Assembly (NCBI GenBank): GCA_028284705.1
Contig: JANQRE010000009.1
Coordinates: 1,600 to 65,599 of the forward strand
Direction of reading: 5' to 3'
Source: Paracoccaceae bacterium
Lineage (GTDB): Bacteria > Pseudomonadota > Alphaproteobacteria > Rhodobacterales > Rhodobacteraceae
DNA: 64,000 bases
Shown: positions 47,622-56,722 of the stretch, one piece after another
How positions within the stretch are numbered: the stretch's first letter is position 1
How the letters are laid out: every line of letters begins with the position of its first letter
The notes under the pieces: generated by a model
The model's input: the letters and a program-made list of their open reading frames with translations, nothing else
What the model was told of the DNA's origin: nothing
The model's database searches: none
Translations under genes and position numbers: made by a program

Positions 47622-49253
47622 ATGGATATCGGAACCATCTCTCTCGTCCTCATGCTGGGCCTTATCATCCTACTGGCCATCGGCATGCCGCTCGGCATGG
47701 CGTCCGCCATCCTGTCGGTTCTTGTCCTTGTCATGCGGTTCGAACCCGCCCTCCTGACGGCACCCTGGACCTTCGGTGACGGCATTCTGACCGGGAGGCC
47801 GGGGACCGGTCCGTTAAATATCATAGCGCAACGAATATACGGGCTCTTAACGGACTATGTCCTCATATCGATCCCGCTGTTCATTCTCATGGCCGCCCTT
47901 CTGGAACGCTCCGGCGTTGCGAAGGACATGTATTCCTCGCTCAACGTCTGGCTGAACCGCACCCGTGGCGGCATCGCGATCGTCACCTCGATCATGGCCG
48001 TCATCATGGCTGCCATGTCCGGCATCATCGGCGGCGAAGTTGTGCTTCTGGGCCTGATCGCTCTGCCGCAGATGTTGCGGCTCGGCTACAACCAGAACCT
48101 CGCCATCGGTACGATCTGCGCCTCCGGCTCGCTGGGCACCATGATCCCGCCCTCGATTGTTCTGATCATCTACGGCCTGATCACAGAAACCTCGATCAAG
48201 GCGCTTTTCACGGCTGCCTTCATCCCCGGCTTCATGTTGGCCAGTTTCATCATCATCTACATCATCATCCGCACGCAGCTGAACCCCGACCACGCTCCGC
48301 TGCCCGAACCGCAACCGGGAGAGCCACAAGGCACCGAAAAGCTGGGTCTGTTCCTTGCGTTCCTCAACGTGCTTCTTGCTGGGTTCTCGGCCGTCCTGTT
48401 CCTGCGCGTGCTGTTCTTCACGCTCACTGGTCAGAACGTCGCCACAGAAGGGGTCGAGTCGATCTTCTGGGGCACGCCCGACTATGTTCCATGGTTCGGT
48501 GCGATCTTCGCGATCTCGCTGGCGGCGGCCTTCTTCCTCTTCGGCAGGAAGCGGACTGCCACCGGTTGGGCCATGGGCAAAGGCCTCGTGCCCCCTATCG
48601 TGGTGATCGGCGTGGTCCTCGGCTCCATCTATGGTGGCATCACCGGCATCACCGAGGCCGCTGGCATGGGGGCGATTGCAGTGCTTGTGATCGCAATCCT
48701 GCGCGGCGAGGCGTCGTTCGAGCTGGTCTGGGATAGTCTGATGCGCACGCTCAAGTCCACCGGCACGATCATCTGGGTCACCATCGGTGCCACCGCACTC
48801 GCCGGGGCCTACACCATTGCGGGCGGCCCGACCTATGTGGCCAATCTGATCGTCGGGTCAGACCTACCGACCATGGGCATCCTGCTGATGATGATGCTGA
48901 TGCTTCTGTTCATGGGCGCCTTCATGGACTGGGTTGGCATCGTGCTTCTGATCATCCCGGTCTTTCTGCCCATCGTACAACGTCTACCCATCGAAGAGAT
49001 CGGCCTGCTCGGCGATCCGCTTCAGGCAAAGTATCTGTCGGTCTGGTTCGGCGTTCTATTCTGTATGAACATGCAGGTCTCGTTCCTGTCGCCACCCTTC
49101 GGTCCAGCCGCCTTCTATCTTAAATCGGTTGCGCCGCCGCACATTTCGCTCACGGATATCTTCAAAGGCTTCCTGCCGTTCATCTTCATCCAGATCTGTG
49201 CGCTGTCGGTCCTGCTGATCTGGCCACCCATCGTCGAGATCCTGTTGAAATAG
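47622..49253 (+). CDS. TRAP transporter large permease (DctM family), enlarged form
   Basis: 543 aa. The DctM-like ends are interrupted by a central insert of about 100 aa (PEPQPGEPQGTEKLGLFLAFLNVLLAGFSAVLFL...FGAIFAISLAAAFFLF) that adds two hydrophobic helices. Confidence 0.8.
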   Translation: MDIGTISLVLMLGLIILLAIGMPLGMASAILSVLVLVMRFEPALLTAPWTFGDGILTGRPGTGPLNIIAQRIYGLLTDYVLISIPLFILMAALLERSGVAKDMYSSLNVWLNRTRGGIAIVTSIMAVIMAAMSGIIGGEVVLLGLIALPQMLRLGYNQNLAIGTICASGSLGTMIPPSIVLIIYGLITETSIKALFTAAFIPGFMLASFIIIYIIIRTQLNPDHAPLPEPQPGEPQGTEKLGLFLAFLNVLLAGFSAVLFLRVLFFTLTGQNVATEGVESIFWGTPDYVPWFGAIFAISLAAAFFLFGRKRTATGWAMGKGLVPPIVVIGVVLGSIYGGITGITEAAGMGAIAVLVIAILRGEASFELVWDSLMRTLKSTGTIIWVTIGATALAGAYTIAGGPTYVANLIVGSDLPTMGILLMMMLMLLFMGAFMDWVGIVLLIIPVFLPIVQRLPIEEIGLLGDPLQAKYLSVWFGVLFCMNMQVSFLSPPFGPAAFYLKSVAPPHISLTDIFKGFLPFIFIQICALSVLLIWPPIVEILLK

Positions 49254-49337
49254 GAGCAATCCCATGCGCCGCGACCTTGGGTCGAGATTTAGGTATGGGA
49301 AAGGGTGTGCCGAATGGCTCGTAGCATTTGAGAAAAC

Positions 49338-50840
49338 ATGAAGGACACAATCCGACTTGATGCCTCCGACAATGTCGTGACGGCCACCCGCGCTCTCGAA
49401 GCGGGAACGCTGGTCGAGGAGGTCACAACGACAAGCCTCATCCCAACCGGTCACAAGGTGGCAACACGGCCCATCAGGGCCGGGGAGCAGATCCGCAAAT
49501 ACGCGCAGATGATCGGAATCGCTTCCGTGGACATCGCTCCGGGAGATCATGTGCACACCCAGAATTGCGAATTTGTCCCCACCGATCAGAGCTACGAGTT
49601 TGGCACCGACATACGGCCCGTCAAACCGGCATCAGGCGACACCTTCATGGGCTACCGCCGCGCCAATGGTTCGGTCGGGACGCGCAACTACATCGCAATC
49701 GTCACCTCGGTAAACTGCTCCGCCACCGCCGCCCGCCGCATCGCCGATCACTTCACGCCGAAGCGGCTCGCCGATTACCCACATGTCGATGGTGTATGCG
49801 CTTTTGTCCACGGCACCGGTTGCGGCATGGCCGATAGCGGTGACGGGTTTGAGGCCCTTCAACGGGTCATGTGGGGCTACGCGCGGCACTCGAACCATGC
49901 GGGTGTCCTGATGGTCGGGCTCGGCTGTGAGATGAACCAGATCGATTGGCTTCTGGAGGCCTATGGGTTGAAGCAATCCGAGACCTTTCAGGTGATGAAC
50001 ATTCAAGGCGTCGCCGGTCTGCAACGCACCATTGAGGCTGGCATCGCCAAGGTCGAAGCGATGTTGCCCATCGCCAATCAGGCCCGGCGCGAGGAATGCC
50101 CCGCCTCGGAACTGAAGGTTGCCCTGCAATGCGGCGGCTCGGACGCCTGGTCGGGCATCACCGCGAACCCCGCTCTGGGCTACGCCACTGATCTGCTTGT
50201 CGCACAGCGCGGCACGGGCGTTCTCGCCGAAACACCCGAAATCTACGGCGCGGAGCACTTGCTGACCCGCCGCGCGGTCGACGCGGCGACCGGCGAGAGG
50301 CTCATTGGTTTGATCGAGTGGTGGAAAGACTACACGGAACGCAACAAGGGCTCGATGGACAACAACCCAAGCCCCGGCAACAAGAAAGGCGGGCTGACGA
50401 CGATCCTCGAAAAATCCCTCGGCGCCGCGGCCAAGGGCGGAACCTCGCCACTCACTGGCGTCTACAAATACGCCGAACCCGTCACCACCAAAGGCTTCAA
50501 CTTCATGGACAGCCCCGGCTACGATCCGGCCTCCGTCACCGGCCAGATCGCCGGCGGCTGTCAGGTGGTGGTATTCACAACGGGGCGAGGGTCGGCTTTC
50601 GGTTCGAAGCCCGCCCCGACGATCAAAGTTGCCACGAACTCAACCATGTATGCCCGCATGACCGAGGATATGGATGTGAACGCGGGCACGATGCTCACCG
50701 AGGGCGTCAGCCTCGAAGAGAAGGGACGGGAAATCTACGACCTAATCCTGCGCGTGGCTTCCGGGGAGTCCTCGAAATCCGAGGCACAAGGCCTCGGCGA
50801 CTATGAATTTGTTCCCTGGCAGATCGGAGCAGTGATGTGA
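49338..50840 (+). CDS. UxaA/GarD-family acid-sugar dehydratase (SAF domain plus catalytic domain)
   Basis: 500 aa that aligns by eye with E. coli GarD (GYRRANGSVGTRN, GLGCE, CPASELKVALQCGGSDAWSG.TANPALGYA.DLL, NPSPGNKKGGLTTILEKSLGA, VFTTGRG). Confidence 0.85.
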   Translation: MKDTIRLDASDNVVTATRALEAGTLVEEVTTTSLIPTGHKVATRPIRAGEQIRKYAQMIGIASVDIAPGDHVHTQNCEFVPTDQSYEFGTDIRPVKPASGDTFMGYRRANGSVGTRNYIAIVTSVNCSATAARRIADHFTPKRLADYPHVDGVCAFVHGTGCGMADSGDGFEALQRVMWGYARHSNHAGVLMVGLGCEMNQIDWLLEAYGLKQSETFQVMNIQGVAGLQRTIEAGIAKVEAMLPIANQARREECPASELKVALQCGGSDAWSGITANPALGYATDLLVAQRGTGVLAETPEIYGAEHLLTRRAVDAATGERLIGLIEWWKDYTERNKGSMDNNPSPGNKKGGLTTILEKSLGAAAKGGTSPLTGVYKYAEPVTTKGFNFMDSPGYDPASVTGQIAGGCQVVVFTTGRGSAFGSKPAPTIKVATNSTMYARMTEDMDVNAGTMLTEGVSLEEKGREIYDLILRVASGESSKSEAQGLGDYEFVPWQIGAVM

Positions 50841-51823
50841 TCCGCCTCGCGATCATGGGCCATGGCGTGATCGGTAAACGCCATGCCGAGCAGGCCCGCA
50901 CGCATCCGCGCTTCGAGCTTGCATGCATCATTGACCCCGTCGCCCCCGAGGCCGATTTCGCCGATCTCTCGGAGGTCGATATGCCGGTCGATGCGGTGGT
51001 CATCGCCACGCCCTCGAACCTCCACGCCACCCATGCCGTCGCGGCAGCAGCGCGGGGCTGGCACATGATCATCGAAAAGCCGGTCGCCCATGACCTGACC
51101 GCGGCAGACCATATCATCGAGGCCGTCAAAACCTCCGGCGTGCACGCCCTTGTCGGGCATCACAGGCGGCACCATGCGAACGTCGTGAAGCTCAAAGAGA
51201 TCGTGGACGGTGGCGAAATCGGCGAGGTGCTCGCGGCCAATCTGATGTGGCTGACGCGCAAACCCGACAGTTATTTTGATATCGACTGGCGCAAGGGCGC
51301 GGACGGCTCGCCGGTCATGATGAACCTCGTGCATGACATTGATCTGTTACGCTATCTTCTGGGCGATGTGACCGAGATCGTGGGTCTGCACGGAGGCCAC
51401 CATCGCAGCGGCGAGGATCGCAATGAGAACGGTGCCCTCGCTCTGGCCTTTGACAGCGGTGCGACCGCGACCATCGCCTTCGCCGACAGCGCCGCAAGCC
51501 CCTGGGGCTTTGAGCGCGGCACCGGAGAAAGTCCGGCGATCCCCGCCACCCGCCGCGACATGCTGTTTCTGGCCGGCACCAAGGGCGCGGTGAGTTTCCC
51601 GTCGCTCACGCTCTGGAACGGTGCCTCCGATTGGACCGAAATGCCCCTGCCGACACCCTATCTGGTGGACGACACGGTGCCATTCGAGGCGCAGCTCGAT
51701 CATTTCGCCGATGTGATTTCGGGGCAGGCCTCCCCTCGCATCACGGTGGAGGAAGGGCGCAAGACGCTTGAGGCCACCCTGAGGGCGGAGGAAATCATCG
51801 CGCGCCATCGGAGAGGCACATGA
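50837..51823 (+). CDS. Gfo/Idh/MocA family oxidoreductase
   Basis: 328 aa with a GTG start inside a GTGA overlap. The N-terminal Rossmann motif is LAIMGHGVIGKRH and an EKP motif is present. Confidence 0.8.
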   Translation: MIRLAIMGHGVIGKRHAEQARTHPRFELACIIDPVAPEADFADLSEVDMPVDAVVIATPSNLHATHAVAAAARGWHMIIEKPVAHDLTAADHIIEAVKTSGVHALVGHHRRHHANVVKLKEIVDGGEIGEVLAANLMWLTRKPDSYFDIDWRKGADGSPVMMNLVHDIDLLRYLLGDVTEIVGLHGGHHRSGEDRNENGALALAFDSGATATIAFADSAASPWGFERGTGESPAIPATRRDMLFLAGTKGAVSFPSLTLWNGASDWTEMPLPTPYLVDDTVPFEAQLDHFADVISGQASPRITVEEGRKTLEATLRAEEIIARHRRGT

Positions 51824-52641
51824 GCGTGTTGCAAGCCGGTCTGGTCGGCGAACACATCTCGCGTACGCGTCTGCCGAAAGCGCTTGAGATCATGTGCGCG
51901 GAGGTCGGCTGGTCACTGGAGTTTCAACTGCTCGATACCGCAGAGGACCCGGAGTTCGAATTCGACCAGACGGTTGACATGCTCCGTCAGGAGGGCTGGC
52001 TCGGTGTTACGGTCACCCACCCCTACAAGACCCATGCGGCCATTTATGCCGGTGACGGGATGCACCGCGACGTGGCACATCTGGGCGCGTGCAACACGCT
52101 GGTCTTCGATGACGGTGTGACCGGGTACAACACCGATTACACCGGGTTTCTGTTGGCCTTCTCGGCAATTTCGGATCGTGGCCCCTTGGTCATGATGGGG
52201 GCAGGTGGCGTTGCGCGGTCCATCGGCGCCGCCCTGTTACGCGAAGGTGTGGCCGATCTGGCGATTTACGATCTGGACGCGGCGCGGGCGGAAGACCTCG
52301 CCTGCGGCATCGGCCCACCCGCCCGCGCCATCCCGTCCAAGGCCGTTCCGGAAGCCATCCGCGGGGCCTCTGGTTTGGTGAACGCAACGCCTCTCGGCAT
52401 GGTCGAATACCCCGGCACAGCCTTCAATGCAGAGCTTCTGGGCACTCAGGTCTGGGCCTTCGATGCGGTTTATACCCCCACCGAGACGGCCTTTCTCCAG
52501 GACGCTCAGAAGGCAGGATTGCAAGTCCTGACCGGGTTTGAACTCTTCCGCCACATGGCCATCCGCTCCTTTGAGGCCTACACTGGCCTGGCACTCGACC
52601 CGGGCGACATATTGCCAAAACTGGAGGTTTTGCGACCATGA
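51820..52641 (+). CDS. Shikimate/quinate dehydrogenase-family protein (AroE-like)
   Basis: 273 aa with motifs GVTVTHPYK, NTL, GYNTDY and GAGGVARS. It has an ATGA overlap. Confidence 0.75.
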   Translation: MSVLQAGLVGEHISRTRLPKALEIMCAEVGWSLEFQLLDTAEDPEFEFDQTVDMLRQEGWLGVTVTHPYKTHAAIYAGDGMHRDVAHLGACNTLVFDDGVTGYNTDYTGFLLAFSAISDRGPLVMMGAGGVARSIGAALLREGVADLAIYDLDAARAEDLACGIGPPARAIPSKAVPEAIRGASGLVNATPLGMVEYPGTAFNAELLGTQVWAFDAVYTPTETAFLQDAQKAGLQVLTGFELFRHMAIRSFEAYTGLALDPGDILPKLEVLRP

Positions 52642-53528
52642 GTTTGGAATTTCTGACCACCGATCAAAAAGACTTCTACGAAGCGAACGGATACCTGGTG
52701 CTAGAGAACCGCATTCCCGCAGATATCCTCGAAAGCATCCGGGCGGAGATCGCAAAATATGTGGACACAGCGCGTAACCTGACGGAAAGCAGCGCCGAGA
52801 TCGATCTCGAAGACAGCCACAGCCGGGAGGACCCACGGGTGCGGCGGATCAAGCTACCCCACACCCACAACGCTCTGATGCGCGATCTGATGTATTCCGA
52901 CCATATCCTCGCCCCGGCGCGGGATCTGATCGGGCCGGATTTGCGCCTGCACACCACGAAACTCAACATGAAATCAGCCGGTTACGGTGCCGCGGTCGAA
53001 TGGCATCAGGATTTTGCCTTCTACCCGCACACCAATGACGACGTGCTCGCCATCGCGGTGATCATCGACGGTATGGAGATGGAGAACGGACCGCTGATGG
53101 TCTTCCCTGGCTCCCACAAAGGGCCGATCCACGATCACCATGTCGACGGCGTCTTTGCCGGTGCGATGGACCTTGCCGCTTGCGGGTTCGACATCAAGGA
53201 GGCCGTGCCGCTGATGGGGCCTGCGGGATCGATCTCGATCCACCACGGGCGCATCGTGCATGGCAGCGCGTTGAACCGGTCTGACAGAGATCGGCGGCTC
53301 TTGTTTTATGAGATGATGGCGGCGGATGCCTTCCCGATCATGGGGTCGATGACCAAGTGGAACGGGATCGCTGATTACAACGACCGCCTCCTCTGCGGTG
53401 AACCGACTTTGACCTCGCGCGTCAGCAGCCTCGGGGCGCGTATCCCCGCACCTCTGCCGACCGAGGACTTTACGATCTATGAAGTTCAGAAACGGCTCAA
53501 GTCCCGCGCATTTGAGGTAGTTGAGTGA
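52638..53528 (+). CDS. Phytanoyl-CoA dioxygenase (PhyH) family Fe(II)/2-oxoglutarate dioxygenase
   Basis: 296 aa with the facial triad WHQDF...HHGRIVHGS and a downstream Arg. It has an ATGA overlap. Confidence 0.8.
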   Translation: MSLEFLTTDQKDFYEANGYLVLENRIPADILESIRAEIAKYVDTARNLTESSAEIDLEDSHSREDPRVRRIKLPHTHNALMRDLMYSDHILAPARDLIGPDLRLHTTKLNMKSAGYGAAVEWHQDFAFYPHTNDDVLAIAVIIDGMEMENGPLMVFPGSHKGPIHDHHVDGVFAGAMDLAACGFDIKEAVPLMGPAGSISIHHGRIVHGSALNRSDRDRRLLFYEMMAADAFPIMGSMTKWNGIADYNDRLLCGEPTLTSRVSSLGARIPAPLPTEDFTIYEVQKRLKSRAFEVVE

Positions 53529-54634
53529 AGATCGGCGTCATCGGGGCGGGACTTTGGGGCGCGGCGGCGACCCGGCATCTGGCGAAAGCCGGGTGTGACG
53601 TGACGCTGATCGGGCCAGAGGAACCCGTAGCGAAGGACACTCACCAGGGCGTGTTCGGGTCGCATTACGATGAGGGCCGTATCACGCGGAAGAACGCGCT
53701 CGATCCGTATTGGTCCGGGGTAAGCATCGCGTCGATTGACCGGTATGCGGAGATCGAGGCCGAAAGCGGCATCCCATTTTTTACGGAGACTGGCGCCGTC
53801 ATGGCCGGACGGCCCGATTGGATGGCGCGCGTTGATCAAGGCCGTGTGAAACATGACATAGCGTGCGATCGCCTGGATCATGCGGACCTGAAGGCGCGTT
53901 TCCCGTTCTTCGATTTTCCGCCTGAGTTCTTTGGCTATCACGAACCGACGCGGGCCGGACATGTCAGCCCAAGACAGATGGTTCGGGCGCAGATACGTGC
54001 CGGACGTGCCTTCGGCGCCAAGCGGCTGGGCGACATTGTTGACGGGTTGGATGAGGTGCCGGGTCAGATACGCGTAAGAACTCAGACTTGCGTGCATAGT
54101 TTTGACCATGTGTTGGTTGCGGCGGGCTACAACACCGACCATGTTCTCGGTCGCGAAAAGACGCTGGAGGTCTACGCCCGCACGGTCGCGTTCTTCGAGA
54201 TTGACGAAACCGAACAGGCCCGGCTGGCGAGAATGCCGACACTGGTCTGGGACACGGTCGATGACCCCTATCTTTTGCCGCCGATCCGCTATCCCGATGG
54301 CAAGAACTATATCAAACTGGGCGGTGATCCTGAGGATGTCTCGCTCGACGGCCCGGATGCGATCCATGACTGGTTTCGCTCCGGCGGAAATGCCGATGTG
54401 CGCGATCATCTGCACGCGGAAATCCTGAAGCTGATTCCGGATTTCCAGGCTCAATCGGTCAGTATGGCGGCCTGCGTCACCAGTTGGACAAAGGATCGGT
54501 TACCGGAGTTGGGTCCTGTTTCGGAGAAGGTCACGGTCGCGACCGGCGGCAATGGTGCGGGCGCAAAGTGTAGTGACGAGATCGGCCGGATGGCGGCGCG
54601 CCTCGTATTGGAACAAATCGGAGAATTCGCATGA
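53525..54634 (+). CDS. FAD-dependent oxidoreductase (DAO / sarcosine-oxidase-like family)
   Basis: 369 aa with a GTG start in a GTGA overlap and the dinucleotide-binding motif KIGVIGAGLWGAAATRHLAKAG. Confidence 0.75.
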   Translation: MKIGVIGAGLWGAAATRHLAKAGCDVTLIGPEEPVAKDTHQGVFGSHYDEGRITRKNALDPYWSGVSIASIDRYAEIEAESGIPFFTETGAVMAGRPDWMARVDQGRVKHDIACDRLDHADLKARFPFFDFPPEFFGYHEPTRAGHVSPRQMVRAQIRAGRAFGAKRLGDIVDGLDEVPGQIRVRTQTCVHSFDHVLVAAGYNTDHVLGREKTLEVYARTVAFFEIDETEQARLARMPTLVWDTVDDPYLLPPIRYPDGKNYIKLGGDPEDVSLDGPDAIHDWFRSGGNADVRDHLHAEILKLIPDFQAQSVSMAACVTSWTKDRLPELGPVSEKVTVATGGNGAGAKCSDEIGRMAARLVLEQIGEFA

Positions 54635-55509
54635 GCAAGATTGGATTTATTGGCCTCGGCCTGATGGGCGGCGCGATGGTGGAATGCCTGCAGAAGGGGG
54701 ATCACCAGATCGCGGTTCTGGGCAACCGGGATCGGACCTATCTTGATCAGGCCCTCGAACGGGGCGCGTCCGAGGCCTCCAGCGCCCGCGATCTGGCGGC
54801 GGGGTCCGAGATCGTGATGCTGTGCATGGGCACGTCCGATCAGGTCGAGGCGCGGATGCGCGGACCGGACGGCGTGATCGCAGGCCTCGGGCCCGGCGCG
54901 GTGGTGATCGATTTTGGTACGTCGTTGCCGGCCTCCACCCGCGCATTGGGGGACGAGGTAGCAGCCGCTGGTGCCACCTATCTCGACGCCCCTCTGGGCC
55001 GTACGCCGTCCCACGCCAAGGATGGGCTTCTGAACATCATGTGCTCCGGCGACAAGGCGGCCTTCGACAAAGTCAAACCGGTGCTCGATGAGTTGGGCGA
55101 GAACGTCTTCCACCTCGGCGACCTCGGGGCAGGGCACACGATCAAGCTGATCAACAACTTCTTCGCCATGACGACCGCGAATGCGATGGCAGAGGCCTTC
55201 GCGATGGCTGACAAGGCGGGTGTTTCCCGCCAGGGCGTCTACGATGTGATGAGCGCTGGGCCCCTGCATTCGGGCATGATGGATTTCGTCAAAGCCTACG
55301 GCATCGACGGCAATCCTGAAATGCTCGCCTTCGCGGTGAAAAACGCAAACAAAGATGTCGGTTACTACGCAAAAATGGCCGAGGATGCCGGTGTCGAGAG
55401 CATTATGTCCACCGCCGTCCGCAACGCGCTCGGTATGGCCGTGGACGACGGATGGGGCGAGCGCCTGGTGCCCGAAATGGTCGATTACTATGCGGAGAAG
55501 TTCACGTAA
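54631..55509 (+). CDS. NAD(P)-dependent oxidoreductase, 3-hydroxyisobutyrate / tartronate-semialdehyde reductase family
   Basis: 292 aa with motifs IGFIGLGLMGGAM and KL.NN. It has an ATGA overlap. Confidence 0.85.
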   Translation: MSKIGFIGLGLMGGAMVECLQKGDHQIAVLGNRDRTYLDQALERGASEASSARDLAAGSEIVMLCMGTSDQVEARMRGPDGVIAGLGPGAVVIDFGTSLPASTRALGDEVAAAGATYLDAPLGRTPSHAKDGLLNIMCSGDKAAFDKVKPVLDELGENVFHLGDLGAGHTIKLINNFFAMTTANAMAEAFAMADKAGVSRQGVYDVMSAGPLHSGMMDFVKAYGIDGNPEMLAFAVKNANKDVGYYAKMAEDAGVESIMSTAVRNALGMAVDDGWGERLVPEMVDYYAEKFT

Positions 55510-56719
55510 CGCGATCCGGCGCGCCGATCAGGGTCAACAGCGCTGCTTGCGGATCGGGGCCTCTGGCCGCCGTGGCGAGGTCATCCGCGCGTGGATCGTC
55601 CAGCCTGCGTCCCGCCTTCGTCTCCGAGATAACAAAAGCAACCCAGGCGTCGATGCCCCGCCATAGGGCCGGAGAGGCCAAGCCCTGCGCCTGACGCTCC
55701 CGGATCGTCGCAAGAAGACGCACCGGTAGTTTCTGCGATCCATCCATCGAGATCTGGCGCAGCTTGTGATGCAGGCTCGGATTGGCGAAACGCTGCATGA
55801 GCGCGGCGCTATACTCTGTCGTCTCGACATCGCGAGGCAACGTCGCGGCGGCCTCGGACATGACCTCTCGCGCGAGCTTGTTCAGTCCCGGATGGCCAAC
55901 CGCCTCATGCACAAATTGATGGCCCGACAGAAGACCAGCATAGGCCAATGTCGAATGCGCACCGTTCAACATCCGCAATTTGCGCGCCTCATAGGGGGCG
56001 ACATCCGGCACGATCTGCGCCCCCGCCACTTGCCAATCCGGATGGGGGGCGTCGAAGGCTTCGATCACCCATTCCGAGAACGGCTCGGTTGCAACAGGCG
56101 CAAGATCGTCAATGCCCGTCGCCGCTTTCATCCCCTCGCGCAGCGCATCGGTCGTGGCGGGTGTGATCCGGTCGACCATCGTATTGGGGAAATGCAGACC
56201 GTCCGGAAGTGCCACACCATCGGCCTCCGCAAATCGGCGCAGGGCAGCGCCAAGCGTGTCCCCATTGCCCGTCAGATTATCGCAGCTCAAAACTGCAACC
56301 CCGGTTTTGCGCCGCGCCAGCCCGCGGGCAAGCAGTGCAATCGCCGTCCGGTTCTCCCCGTCCAGATCGGCGCGGATATCGGCATGGGTCAGATCAAGCG
56401 CACCATCCGCCCCCAGACAATAGCCTTTCTCGGTAATCGTCAGTGAGATGAGGTCCGCTTCCGCAATCGCGTCCATCACCGCCTGCGGATTGTCCGGCGC
56501 AAAAAGGATATCCTCGATCACATCGATCTGGCGATACGTGACCCCCTCGGGTCCCTGAATGGCCAGCGTGTAGTGAAAGGCCCTTTGCGCCATCGCCTCG
56601 ATCACTGCGCGAGACCTCAGCGACACGCCGGTGATCGTCCAGCCGCCCGCATCCTGCGTGTAAACGGCCTGATGTGCACGGTGAAAATTGCCGGTGCCGA
56701 GATGCAAAATGCGCGGCAT
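55502..56719 (-). CDS. Mannitol-dehydrogenase-family hexuronate reductase (fructuronate/tagaturonate reductase-like), short form
   Basis: 405 aa with motifs HLGTGNFHRAHQA, TITEKGY, MVDRI.PAT and KLRMLNGAHS.LAY, parallel to E. coli UxuB but about 80 aa shorter. Confidence 0.75.
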   Translation of the reverse strand: MPRILHLGTGNFHRAHQAVYTQDAGGWTITGVSLRSRAVIEAMAQRAFHYTLAIQGPEGVTYRQIDVIEDILFAPDNPQAVMDAIAEADLISLTITEKGYCLGADGALDLTHADIRADLDGENRTAIALLARGLARRKTGVAVLSCDNLTGNGDTLGAALRRFAEADGVALPDGLHFPNTMVDRITPATTDALREGMKAATGIDDLAPVATEPFSEWVIEAFDAPHPDWQVAGAQIVPDVAPYEARKLRMLNGAHSTLAYAGLLSGHQFVHEAVGHPGLNKLAREVMSEAAATLPRDVETTEYSAALMQRFANPSLHHKLRQISMDGSQKLPVRLLATIRERQAQGLASPALWRGIDAWVAFVISETKAGRRLDDPRADDLATAARGPDPQAALLTLIGAPDRVT

Positions 56720-56722
56720 CGC

